Of a DNA stretch of 64,000 nt, positions 42,037-50,302 are shown piece after piece. A model generated the notes under the pieces. The model saw nothing but the letters and a program-made list of their open reading frames with translations. It had not been told where the DNA came from and made no database searches. The position numbers and the translations under genes are program-made. How positions within the stretch are numbered: position 1 is the first letter of the stretch; the number at the start of each line of letters is the position of its first letter. Source of the stretch: an uncultured Acidobacteriota bacterium (GTDB taxonomy: Bacteria; Acidobacteriota; Vicinamibacteria; Vicinamibacterales; UBA2999); the NCBI GenBank assembly GCA_963741135.1, contig CAVUHC010000002.1:255413-319412 (forward strand), in the 5' to 3' direction.

Positions 42037-42977
42037 TCTCAATGACCGCCGCCGCGATGAGAGGGATCAGGATTTCGTGGTGGCCGATCAGTGAAATGCC
42101 GGTGCCGTTCGTCCCGGCGACGGGGCGACTTACCACATTCGTCTGCGGGCGGTACATCCGCATGAAATCGATATTGACCGTCGTCAGCCCCTCGAGGGAG
42201 ACTCCCTTGTTTCGGGCGAGCGCCACGGCCTTGAGAAACACCTCCGGAAGAATCACCGCCGACCCGCAGTTCAGATACACACCACCCGTCAGTTGCGCAA
42301 CGCAGGTCGTGAAGTAGCGAAAGTCACGAAGGCTGGTCTCGCCGATGTCGGCGCCCGATGCGGCCGGGTGCATGTGAATGATGTCGGTCCCGAGCGCGAC
42401 GTGGACGGTGATGGGAATGCCGAGCCGATGGGCGGCGACCGACAGGCTGCGCGCCGCATGCGGCGGATTGCTCCGTGCGAGAAACTCCGCGACGCCTTCA
42501 CCGAGCCCCTTTCGCGCGGCACGCGCGGCGGCAATGGCTTCGTTCAACTGCGTGCCCGTCTCGTCCGCCATCCCGAACCGGCCCGGACCGAGCGCCTCGT
42601 CGACATCCTCGGACGTGGCGCCGCGACAGCGCGATCTCGAAGTCGTGAATGATGCCCGCGCCGTTCATCGCAAGCGCGGAAACGTAGCCACGTTCCATGA
42701 GATCGATCAGCACCGGCGAGACGCCGGTCTTGATGACATGCGCGCCAATCCCCCAGACGATCCCCGCGCCGCGCTTTTCCGCGGCAACGAGCGCATCGAC
42801 GACGCGACGAACGTCCGCCGCGCCCAGGATGGACGGCAGCGAATCAAACCAGGTCTTGAATGAACTGCCCGCCGCGACAGGCCGCGCGAAATCCTCTGCG
42901 CGCGCCTTACTCTGCCGCGACGCGAGCGGATATGTGCGGACGCCGGACAGATCAAATTCTTCGTAGCGAAATGGCAT
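42029..42977 (-). pseudogene. Conserved hypothetical protein (possibly deoxyhypusine-synthase-like fold); one frame break near 42590
   Basis: ORF 42498-42977 (...GAHVIKTGVSPVLIDLMERGYVSALAMNGAGIIHDFEIAL) continues as GATSEDVDEALGPGRFGMADETG... in ORF 42029-42571. Family recall is weak. Confidence 0.35.
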
Positions 42978-42987
42978 GGCGCAACAT

Positions 42988-43052
42988 TAGTAGGGGTTAG
43001 GGGTTAGGGGGAAGGGGTTAGGGGGAAGGGCTGTGAAGGGGGAAGTGCTGTG
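42988..43052. repeat. GGGGTTA-family arm (left) flanking the four-helix-bundle gene
   Basis: TAGTAGGGGTTAGGGGTTAGGGGGAAGGGGTTAGGGGGAAGGGCTGTG, inverted relative to 43601-43652. Confidence 0.85.
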
Positions 43053-43195
43053 TAGGCAGAAGTCATTAGGCGGGCGCGCGTAGTTTCGGAAGACTCCCAG
43101 CGCGTTTCATGTCGCAACGTTTGCGACCTATCCCCGGATAGCGAAGGATATCGGCCGATTTTCGAGCGGCAACCTTCATGCGAATCGCCTTTCCC

Positions 43196-43564
43196 ATGAC
43201 CGACATCAACTCGTTCCGCGATCTGTTTGTTTGGCAGAAATCGATGACGCTCGCTGAGCACTGCTATCTACTGACGAAGCGCTTCACACTCGACGATCAA
43301 CTAGTGCTTGGACGTGAGATCCGCAAGTCGTGTGTCTCCATTCCATCGAACATCGCCGAAGGGTTCGGCCGACATCACACGCTGGAGTACGTGCACCATC
43401 TTCGATACTCGACTGGTTCTAACAACGAACTTCAAACACAGGTAGAGCTCGCGAAGCGGGTCAAGATCATCCGTGTCGACGAAGCAAAGACGATCATCGG
43501 AGATGCCGAAGAAGTCGGGCGGATGCTGAACGGGTTGATCGGCTCGCTTGAGCGGGGGCGATGA
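43196..43564 (+). CDS. Four-helix-bundle protein (formerly '23S rRNA intervening-sequence protein'; Avd-like family)
   Basis: FRDLFVWQKSMTLAEHCY...IPSNIAEGFGRH...Y..HLRYSTGSNNELQTQ, typical of this family. Local GC is about 50% (one 60-nt hand count). Confidence 0.8.
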   Translation: MTDINSFRDLFVWQKSMTLAEHCYLLTKRFTLDDQLVLGREIRKSCVSIPSNIAEGFGRHHTLEYVHHLRYSTGSNNELQTQVELAKRVKIIRVDEAKTIIGDAEEVGRMLNGLIGSLERGR

Positions 43565-43600
43565 CGAGTCGTGACTGAATCCTTCCGACTTGTGCCAAAG

Positions 43601-43652
43601 ACAGCCCTAACCCCTAACCCCTAACCCCTAACCCCTAACCCCTTCCCCCTAA
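43601..43652. repeat. GGGGTTA-family arm (right), (CCCTAAC)x5
   Basis: ACAGCCCTAACCCCTAACCCCTAACCCCTAACCCCTAACCCCTTCCCCCTAA. Contains the queA stop codon. Confidence 0.9.
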
Positions 43653-44764
43653 AGGATCAGCATGGCATCCCCATAGCTGTAAAAACGGTATTGATTGTTG
43701 ACTGCCTCGCGGTACGCGGCAAGAATTCGTTCCCTGCCGGCAAGCGCCGAGACCAGCATCAAGAGTGAGGATTTCGGCAGATGGAAGTTCGTGATCATGC
43801 CATCGACCAGTTGAAACCGGTGGCCGGGGCGGACGAAGAGCGGAGTGTCGCCGCTGGCGGGCATGACGTCTCCATCCTCGCGGACGACGAGTGATTCGAG
43901 AGAGCGCACGCTTGTCGTCCCGACGGCAATGATGCGGCGACGCTCCCGTTTCGCGCGCGTCAGGGCGGCGGCGGTTTCGACCGGAACGATGAATCGCTCT
44001 GGATCGATGACGTGGTCCTCGACGCGATCGACTTTGACCGGCTTGAACGTGCCGTAGCCGACGTGCAGGGTCACCTCAACCCGCTCAACGCCGCGTCGCG
44101 CGAGCGATGCCAGCTGCTCGGCGGTGAAATGGAGTCCGGCCGTCGGCGCCGCCACCGATCCCCGCTCGCGCGCATAAACGGTCTGGTAGCGTTCCTTGTC
44201 CGACCCCGTATCGCCGCGTTTGATGTAGGGCGGCAGCGGAATGTGCCCGACGCGATCGATTGCATCTGCAATCCCACCAGGGTGGTCGGTCCAGAGACGG
44301 ATGGTCCTGCGACCTTGGAAGTGCATCGTGAGCACCTCACCGTGGACCGCAATGCCGGCGCGTTCGAACGCCATCCGCGCCCCTGGTTTTAGTTTTTGTC
44401 CCGGGTGAACCAGGGCGTCCCATAGGTGGGGATCCGGGATCGGGGATCCGGGATCCGGAACGACTCCTAGGGAGTTGGGAGTTGGAGGTTGGGAGTTGGA
44501 AGTTGGGAGTTGACGGAGTAACAGACATTCAACACTCCCGCCGCTCGGTACGCGACGGCCAAGCAGACGCGCGGGAAAGACGCGTGTGTTATTGACGACG
44601 AGCAGGTCGCCTGGAACCAGGTACTCCGCTAGATTCGCGAACGCCGTGTGTTCGATGCCACCGGTGAGATGCACGACAAGCAGACGAGATCCGCCGCGCT
44701 CCTTCGGCGGCTCCTGCGCGATCAGCGCATCTGGCAGCTCGAAATCGAATTCGTCAACGTTCAT
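43649..44764 (-). CDS. queA: S-adenosylmethionine:tRNA ribosyltransferase-isomerase, carrying an in-frame repeat-derived insertion
   Basis: Intact 371-aa ORF. FDFELPDALIAQ, PLPPYI, YQTVYA, AAPTAGLHF, VGTTS, TNFHLP and FFSYGDAMLIL-type motifs are all present. Confidence 0.95.
   Translation of the reverse strand: MNVDEFDFELPDALIAQEPPKERGGSRLLVVHLTGGIEHTAFANLAEYLVPGDLLVVNNTRVFPARLLGRRVPSGGSVECLLLRQLPTSNSQPPTPNSLGVVPDPGSPIPDPHLWDALVHPGQKLKPGARMAFERAGIAVHGEVLTMHFQGRRTIRLWTDHPGGIADAIDRVGHIPLPPYIKRGDTGSDKERYQTVYARERGSVAAPTAGLHFTAEQLASLARRGVERVEVTLHVGYGTFKPVKVDRVEDHVIDPERFIVPVETAAALTRAKRERRRIIAVGTTSVRSLESLVVREDGDVMPASGDTPLFVRPGHRFQLVDGMITNFHLPKSSLLMLVSALAGRERILAAYREAVNNQYRFYSYGDAMLIL
44427..44513. 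repeat. (GGGATCC)n plus (GGAGTTG)n heptamer tracts inside the queA CDS
   Basis: Encodes PTSNSQPPTPNSLGVVPDPGSPIPDPH between the conserved LLLRQL and LWDALVHPG blocks. Confidence 0.9.
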
Positions 44765-44815
44765 GCGACCTGCGAATCGGCGAATTCATTGTGAGGACCA
44801 CGGCTCAGCAATCTT

Positions 44816-45751
44816 ATGGCCGGCGCCTTGCAGTTCGGCCGGCGCGTGTTCGACGTGGTGATCATCGGCGGCGGTCCAGCTGGACTCAGCGCAGCGCTGG
44901 TGCTCGGCCGCTGTCGCCGGCAGGTCCTGCTGTGCGATGCGGGGCAGCCACGTAACGCGCGATCGGTCGCTTTGCATGGATACCTGACGCGCGACGGCAC
45001 ACCGCCGCTCGAACTGCTCCGCCTTGGACGCGCGGAGTTGCAGGCCTACGGCATCGAGCCGTGTCATGCGAGCGTGACAGGCCTCACGTGCGCCGTGGAG
45101 GGCTTCGAGGCCACGCTCAATGGCGGAAAAAAGATCCAGGCACGCACCGCGCTCATCGCCAGCGGCGTTCGTGATCACGTACCAGACATCCCCGGCATCG
45201 ATGAATGCTACGGCGTCACGGTGCACCACTGTCCGTACTGCGACGGATGGGAGGAACGGGACAAGACGATCGCGGTCATCGGACGCGGGACGGGCGGTGC
45301 GGGGCTGGCGCTCTCGCTCAAGACGTGGACGTCCGATGTCCTGCTCTGCACCAACGGACCCTCGCGGATACGAGCCGCCGACCGCCGGAAGCTCGCGAAC
45401 GAAGGTGTCACGGTCCACTCTGGTTCGATCGCGCGCGTCGAACACGAACAACAGGAGGTGCGTGCCATCGTTTTCACCGGCGGCGCGAGAGTCCCCTGCG
45501 AAGCCATCTTTTTCTCGGCGGGACAGAGCCCGCAGTGCGATCTGGCAGTGCACCTCGGATGCGAGATTAACCGCCAGGGAATTGTGAAAACAGGAATTCT
45601 CGGTCAGACGCGCGTCCCTGGTCTTTACGTGGTCGGCGATGCGTCGCGCGATGTGCAGTTCGCGATCGTCGCCGCCGCCGAGGGCGCGAAGGCCGCCGTC
45701 GCCATCAACAAGGCGCTCCAGGAACGCGCCGGACTCGCCGTCACCCCGTAG
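44816..45751 (+). CDS. FAD/NAD(P)-dependent oxidoreductase (thioredoxin-reductase-like)
   Basis: GGGPAG dinucleotide motif, a second Rossmann motif VIGRGTGG, C-terminal GDA. The antisense 358-aa ORF is spurious. Confidence 0.8.
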   Translation: MAGALQFGRRVFDVVIIGGGPAGLSAALVLGRCRRQVLLCDAGQPRNARSVALHGYLTRDGTPPLELLRLGRAELQAYGIEPCHASVTGLTCAVEGFEATLNGGKKIQARTALIASGVRDHVPDIPGIDECYGVTVHHCPYCDGWEERDKTIAVIGRGTGGAGLALSLKTWTSDVLLCTNGPSRIRAADRRKLANEGVTVHSGSIARVEHEQQEVRAIVFTGGARVPCEAIFFSAGQSPQCDLAVHLGCEINRQGIVKTGILGQTRVPGLYVVGDASRDVQFAIVAAAEGAKAAVAINKALQERAGLAVTP

Positions 45752-45758
45752 GACATCA

Positions 45759-46910
45759 ATGGCCGATCGCGCACACGACCTCCTCCGCCACGCCCGTGAA
45801 CCAGAGCCGCCAACCACGGCGCCGATGGACGTGAAGCTGCGCAGCGTCGCGCTCACGATCATCGCCGCATCGACGGCGATTGCCGTTCTCTACCTGGCGA
45901 GCGAGGTGTTCATCCCGATCGTGCTCAGCGTCCTGGTGAGCTACGCGCTCGAGCCGATTGTCGTCGCGATGACACGGATCCGAATCCACCGCGCCATTGC
46001 GTCGGCACTCGTGATCACTTCGCTCACCGGCGCCATCGTGTACACGGGCTATACGCTTTCGGACGATGCCGCTGCGATGGTGTCGGAGCTGCCGGCCGCC
46101 GCGACGAAGCTGCGCGTGGCCATGCGCCGCGGACGCGGCGAGCCCGGCACGATCCAGCAGGTGCAAAACGCGGCCGACGAGCTTCAGAAGACGGCGGATG
46201 AAGCGACCGGGCGGAACCCGGTGAGTGACGGCGTGCAGCGGGTGCAGATCGAGGAGCCCACGATCGACGTTCGCGGCTATCTGACGGGGGGATCGGCAAG
46301 CGTCCTTGCCTTTGCCGGCCAGGCCACGCTCGTCGTGTTCTTCGTCTTCTTCCTCCTCGCGTCTGGCGATCTCTGCAAGCGCAAAATGGTCAAGCTGGTC
46401 GGGCCGTCTCTCGAGAAGAAGAAGATCACGGTGCAGATCCTCAACGAGATCGATTCACAGATTGAAAAATTCCTGCTCGTCCGCGTCGTCACCAGCGTCG
46501 CAGTCGGGGTCGCCACGTGGGTGGCCTTCAGGTTCATGGGCGTGCACTACGCGGGCGTCTGGGGCATTGCGGCGGGCGTCTTCAACAGCATCCCGTACCT
46601 GGGACCGGTGATGGTCGCGGCCGCCACGGCTGTCGCCGCTTTCGTGCAGTTCGGCACGGTGGGAATGGCGCTGTACGTCTCCGGTATCTCGCTGGTCATC
46701 ACGACCATCGAGGGGTGGTTGCTCACGCCGTGGCTCACCAGTCGTACGGCACGGACGAACGAAATCGCGATTTTCGTCGGGCTGATCTTCTGGAGCTTCG
46801 TCTGGGGAATCTGGGGAACGCTGCTCGCGGTCCCGATGCTGGTGGCCGTCAAGGCCTTCTGCGATCGCATCGAGGATCTGAAACCCATCGGCGAGCTGCT
46901 CGGCGAGTAA
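45759..46910 (+). CDS. AI-2E family transporter (PerM-like)
   Basis: Polytopic membrane protein with a typical family layout. ATG at 45759. Confidence 0.75.
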   Translation: MADRAHDLLRHAREPEPPTTAPMDVKLRSVALTIIAASTAIAVLYLASEVFIPIVLSVLVSYALEPIVVAMTRIRIHRAIASALVITSLTGAIVYTGYTLSDDAAAMVSELPAAATKLRVAMRRGRGEPGTIQQVQNAADELQKTADEATGRNPVSDGVQRVQIEEPTIDVRGYLTGGSASVLAFAGQATLVVFFVFFLLASGDLCKRKMVKLVGPSLEKKKITVQILNEIDSQIEKFLLVRVVTSVAVGVATWVAFRFMGVHYAGVWGIAAGVFNSIPYLGPVMVAAATAVAAFVQFGTVGMALYVSGISLVITTIEGWLLTPWLTSRTARTNEIAIFVGLIFWSFVWGIWGTLLAVPMLVAVKAFCDRIEDLKPIGELLGE

Positions 46911-46921
46911 TCCTGAAAGCT

Positions 46922-47857
46922 CTACACAAATTTACTCAGGTCCGTGCGTCCTCGAGCTGCGAGCAGCGGCTTCCAGAGGTCGCCAACCTTCGTAATCCGC
47001 TCGCGCACGTTGTCCAGCCGGAAATCCTCGATGCGGACGCCGCGCGCCACCTCCGACCATTCGAGCGGTGTTGAAACGGTCGCCAGTGGTGTCGGCCGCA
47101 CCGAGTAGATGCTCGCGAGTGTTCTCCCCCAGGCGTTCTGGTTGTAGTCGACCAGCACCCGTCCGCGAGGCCGCTTGGCGACGCGATACTCCGATGTCAT
47201 CAGCGCGGGATGTCGTGAGGCAAGCGCCACCGCGAGCGCCTTGGCGAACGTCCACACCGCCTTCTGCACCGGTCCGCGGACGATCGGGACGTAGATGTGA
47301 AGCCCCTTCGAGCCGCTCGTCTTGACCAGCGGTCTCATCTTCAACGATGTGAGTGCGTCGCCGACGATAACCGCCGACTCGCGTACCTGGTCGAAGGTCG
47401 CGCCCTGCCCAGGGTCGAGATCGAAGTGGACATAGTCGGGACGATCGATATCGTCACACCGCGCGTACCACTGATTGAGGTCGATGCACCCCAGGTTGAT
47501 CAGCCAGAGCAGCGTGGGCATGTCGTCGATGACCGGGAAATCGATGATGTTGCCGGACTCGTGCTCGATGGCGCACGTGCGAATCCAGGCGGGACGCGGC
47601 ACCGGCGCCCGCTTCATGAAGAAGAATTCGCCCGCGGCACCGTGCGGATAACGTTTCATCACCATCGCTCGGTCGCGGATGTGAGGAAGCAGGACAGTCG
47701 CAACGTCGGCGTAGTACTGGATCAGTGTGCCTTTCGTAATGCCCCGCTCGGGCCAGAACGGCTTCTGCAGGTTCGTCAGGCGCACTTCGCGGCCCGCGAT
47801 TACGAGCTTCGCATCGTTGACGTCCGTCGGAATGTCTACGCGCGGCGATGTCGCCAT
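46922..47857 (-). CDS. Stand-alone LigD polymerase/primase domain protein (NHEJ PolDom)
   Basis: FDLDP, KTSGSKGLHIYVP and VLVDYNQN motifs. Confidence 0.85.
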   Translation of the reverse strand: MATSPRVDIPTDVNDAKLVIAGREVRLTNLQKPFWPERGITKGTLIQYYADVATVLLPHIRDRAMVMKRYPHGAAGEFFFMKRAPVPRPAWIRTCAIEHESGNIIDFPVIDDMPTLLWLINLGCIDLNQWYARCDDIDRPDYVHFDLDPGQGATFDQVRESAVIVGDALTSLKMRPLVKTSGSKGLHIYVPIVRGPVQKAVWTFAKALAVALASRHPALMTSEYRVAKRPRGRVLVDYNQNAWGRTLASIYSVRPTPLATVSTPLEWSEVARGVRIEDFRLDNVRERITKVGDLWKPLLAARGRTDLSKFV

Positions 47858-47865
47858 TGAATTTC

Positions 47866-47951
47866 AACCACGAAGATCACGATAGACGCGAAGGACACGA
47901 ACCCATTATTAGGTTTACGTGATCTTCGGGTTTTTCGTGAACTTCGTGGTT
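47866..47951. repeat. Hairpin of CACGAAG-type units
   Basis: AACCACGAAGATCACG...CGTGAACTTCGTGGTT. The right arm encodes the C-terminal tail of the next gene. Confidence 0.8.
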
Positions 47952-48589
47952 AAAGGCTGCAGCTTTGGCGGCCTCTGTCCATGTCTGACCGCGCCGGCGA
48001 TCGGCACGTACGGCAGTTCGAGGCCCGCCGCGGCGCGGCGGAGCATGAGTCCGCCGCGACTCATGTCTCCCCTGCCGACGAAGTCGGAAGGAAACATGAG
48101 GCGCTCGCCAAAAATCGGCAGCAGCAGATCGACGTACTTGCCGGACGCAACGCTGCCAAGCAGCACGACCTCGCACTCGGTACCGATGGTCGACAGCAGC
48201 GCCCGCGCTGCCTGCTCCAGCGGCGCGCGATACTTGACGTTGCGCAGATCGATATCCACCTCGGCAAAGCCGCGAAACGCGTCAATCGTGACCGGCGTGT
48301 CGGCAGACCTGAGGCCTGCGTTCGGCGTGATGACCAGAACACCCCCGGCGGCCACAGGTTCAGACGGGTCCGGTGGGCGCGCGAACCGCCGCGCGTACGC
48401 CAGTTTTCCGCGAAAGTACAGACCGCTGACGAAGCTGAACACATCGCCAAGAGGCGCACCAGTCGCGCTTTGCAGCTGCCAGGCGAGGTCGAAGCCGGCT
48501 TTCGGCGAAACCATCAACCGCGCGCGGATGCCGCCGCAGTTCGCGGGCGAGAGAAGAAAGACACGTGAGGGACCAGGGGTCGGGATCAT
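47915..48589 (-). CDS. Conserved-looking hypothetical protein (224 aa)
   Basis: ORF from MIPTPGPSRVFLLSPANCGG. No family recognised. Both termini are encoded by repeat arms. Confidence 0.45.
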   Translation of the reverse strand: MIPTPGPSRVFLLSPANCGGIRARLMVSPKAGFDLAWQLQSATGAPLGDVFSFVSGLYFRGKLAYARRFARPPDPSEPVAAGGVLVITPNAGLRSADTPVTIDAFRGFAEVDIDLRNVKYRAPLEQAARALLSTIGTECEVVLLGSVASGKYVDLLLPIFGERLMFPSDFVGRGDMSRGGLMLRRAAAGLELPYVPIAGAVRHGQRPPKLQPLTTKFTKNPKIT

Positions 48590-48654
48590 TACGAGAATCG
48601 AAATCGTACTGGGGTGACGACCTGCATTTCGATTCTCGTAATGACTCCCGACCC
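48576..48654. repeat. Hairpin element GGGGTCGGGA(T/G)TCATTACGAGAATCGAAAT, copy 1
   Basis: 29-nt arms and a 21-nt loop. The arms are near-identical to copy 2 but the loop is unrelated. Confidence 0.9.
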
Positions 48655-49119
48655 TTATCCAACCGTCGCAATCAGCCACCCGGCAACAATGAACGGGACC
48701 GCGGCAATCACCACGACGAGCAGGATCATCGCGACGACGAAGAGCCAGTCGCCGGCGCTGGCGCGGTGCTCCTCGTAGGCATGACGCTCCAGGAGCGCAA
48801 GGTTCATCTGGCTCGATTTCCACGCGAAGTCGAACAGATCCCCGGCGACCGGTATCGCGCCGATGAGCGCATCGATTGCAGCATTGAAGATCATGCGAAG
48901 CTGGACGACCTTCGGGATCCCGAGGTCGCGGCCCTGCCACAAAACGCCGATAGTGAAGAGCGGTGAGGCGAGATCGCCGATGATCGGCACCAGGCCGATG
49001 ATCGGATCAAGCCCGATGCGGTAGGTCGTGCCGGGCACGACGAAGGCCGAGTCCAGCAGCTCGGAGAGATACCGAAGCGCCTTGAGACGCTGCTCCTGAG
49101 GTGGTGTCAAAGACCTCAA
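48655..49119 (-). CDS. DUF4112-like small membrane protein
   Basis: LDPIIGLVPIIGDL...AIPVAGDLFDFAWKSS. A TTG start at 49119 gives about 154 aa. The longer ORF reads through the repeats. Confidence 0.65.
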   Translation of the reverse strand: MRSLTPPQEQRLKALRYLSELLDSAFVVPGTTYRIGLDPIIGLVPIIGDLASPLFTIGVLWQGRDLGIPKVVQLRMIFNAAIDALIGAIPVAGDLFDFAWKSSQMNLALLERHAYEEHRASAGDWLFVVAMILLVVVIAAVPFIVAGWLIATVG

Positions 49120-49125
49120 CCGGAC

Positions 49126-49158
49126 AACTCCCAATTCCCAATCTCCAACTCCCAAGGT
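49126..49158. repeat. One-armed heptamer tract (CAACTCC/CAATTCC)
   Basis: CAACTCCCAATTCCCAATCTCCAACTCCCAAGG. Confidence 0.8.
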
Positions 49159-49164
49159 AACCGA

Positions 49165-49290
49165 TCCGCGATTTCTTCTCGGACTTCCGCAGTTTTGTTC
49201 GGGCCTTCCGCCGTTTTGCTTGCGCCTTCCGCGGGTTCTTTCGGGCTGCCGCGGTTGTGTTTTGGACGTCCGCGATTCCTTCCGCGACTG
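49165..49290. repeat. 21-bp periodic array (about 6 units, TCCGCnGTTTTGyTyGGGcct)
   Basis: TCCGC/GCCGC anchors at 49165, 49186, 49207, 49228, about 49248 and 49269, in a divergent intergenic region. Confidence 0.8.
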
Positions 49291-49417
49291 CCGTGGTCTT
49301 TTTCGTCGATCTTTCAGAACTTTCATAACTTTTTCAGGCCGCAGATCACGACTTCCATGGGCCCGCGGATCGAGCATAGGCCTCACGAGGCAATTCCGCC
49401 TCGAGGAGGAAACGGAA

Positions 49418-50134
49418 ATGAGAACGATCGAAAAACGTCAATACAAGATGCTCACGCGGGTGCGCGACTTCGGAAACACACATCGTGACGTGTTTCCGGA
49501 ATCAAGTCGCGCCGGGCAGCAATTCGGAGTAGTCGCCGAAGCGGTGAAGCAGTTGAGCGAGCAGGCGATGGCCAACACCGCGGCGGCGGGGGAACGAGCG
49601 AGCACAAAGGCCAAGGGGCAGCGGGCGCTGATCGACCGGCTCGAGGCGATCAGCCGCACGGCGCGAGTCATTGCCGAAGGTACGCCTGGTCTGGAGGACA
49701 GATTCCATCTTCCAGACCCGCAGACGGACGAAGCCTTGCTCACGGCGGGGCGCGTGTTCGCACGCGATGCCGCCGGGTTCAAGAGCGAGTTCGTCGGGCA
49801 CGGGATGCCGGAGACATTTCTCGCGGACCTCGACGACCTCGTCGCAACATTCGAGAAGGCGACTCGCTATCGGACTGCGGGACGGAACGATCAGACCGCG
49901 GCGAGGGCCAGCATCGAGGCGGCGTTCGAGTCCGGCATGGAGGCCGTGCGAAAGCTCGATGTCATCGTCGCCAATCGTCTGCATGACGATGCCGTGATGA
50001 TGGCCGTGTGGGAACGGGAACGGCGGGTCGGCTATCCGAAGAGCGGCGTTGCACCGGCGACGTCCGCGGCGGAACCAGCCGTCCCGTCCGTTGTCGCACC
50101 AACGGCACCCGTTAGCGCACCCCAGACGACGTAA
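49418..50134 (+). CDS. Hypothetical protein (238 aa, mostly helical; Ala/Pro-rich tail)
   Basis: ATG preceded by GAGGAGGA. No family recognised. Confidence 0.5.
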   Translation: MRTIEKRQYKMLTRVRDFGNTHRDVFPESSRAGQQFGVVAEAVKQLSEQAMANTAAAGERASTKAKGQRALIDRLEAISRTARVIAEGTPGLEDRFHLPDPQTDEALLTAGRVFARDAAGFKSEFVGHGMPETFLADLDDLVATFEKATRYRTAGRNDQTAARASIEAAFESGMEAVRKLDVIVANRLHDDAVMMAVWERERRVGYPKSGVAPATSAAEPAVPSVVAPTAPVSAPQTT

Positions 50135-50157
50135 GGTATGGATACCCTGGTTACCAA

Positions 50158-50238
50158 GGGGTCGGGAGTCATTACGAGAAGCGAAATGGCGGTCGGCGTT
50201 GCAACACGATTTCGATTCTCGTAATGACTCCCGACCCC
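50158..50238. repeat. Hairpin element GGGGTCGGGAGTCATTACGAGAAGCGAAAT, copy 2
   Basis: See 48576-48654. Confidence 0.9.
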
Positions 50239-50261
50239 GTTACACGGCGCTCCCACACTCA

Positions 50262-50302
50262 TTTGGAACTTGGAACTTGGGATTTGGGTTTTGGGATTTA
50301 CC
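50262..50302. repeat. Heptamer tract (TTGGAAC/TTGGGAT)n, copy 1
   Basis: Direct-orientation partner at 52610-52655. Confidence 0.85.

Noticed and set aside
44427-44457. Clusters of GGATCC (BamHI-type) sites as restriction-modification-related features
   Set aside because: The sites arise from the GGGATCC heptamer word. No R-M genes are nearby, and other repeat families lack palindromic restriction-type cores.
48576-50238. The two identical hairpins as terminal inverted repeats of a transposon or MITE pair
   Set aside because: There is no transposase, integrase or target-site duplication visible. Each element is itself a self-contained hairpin rather than one half of a TIR pair. It is kept only as a cassette-like observation.
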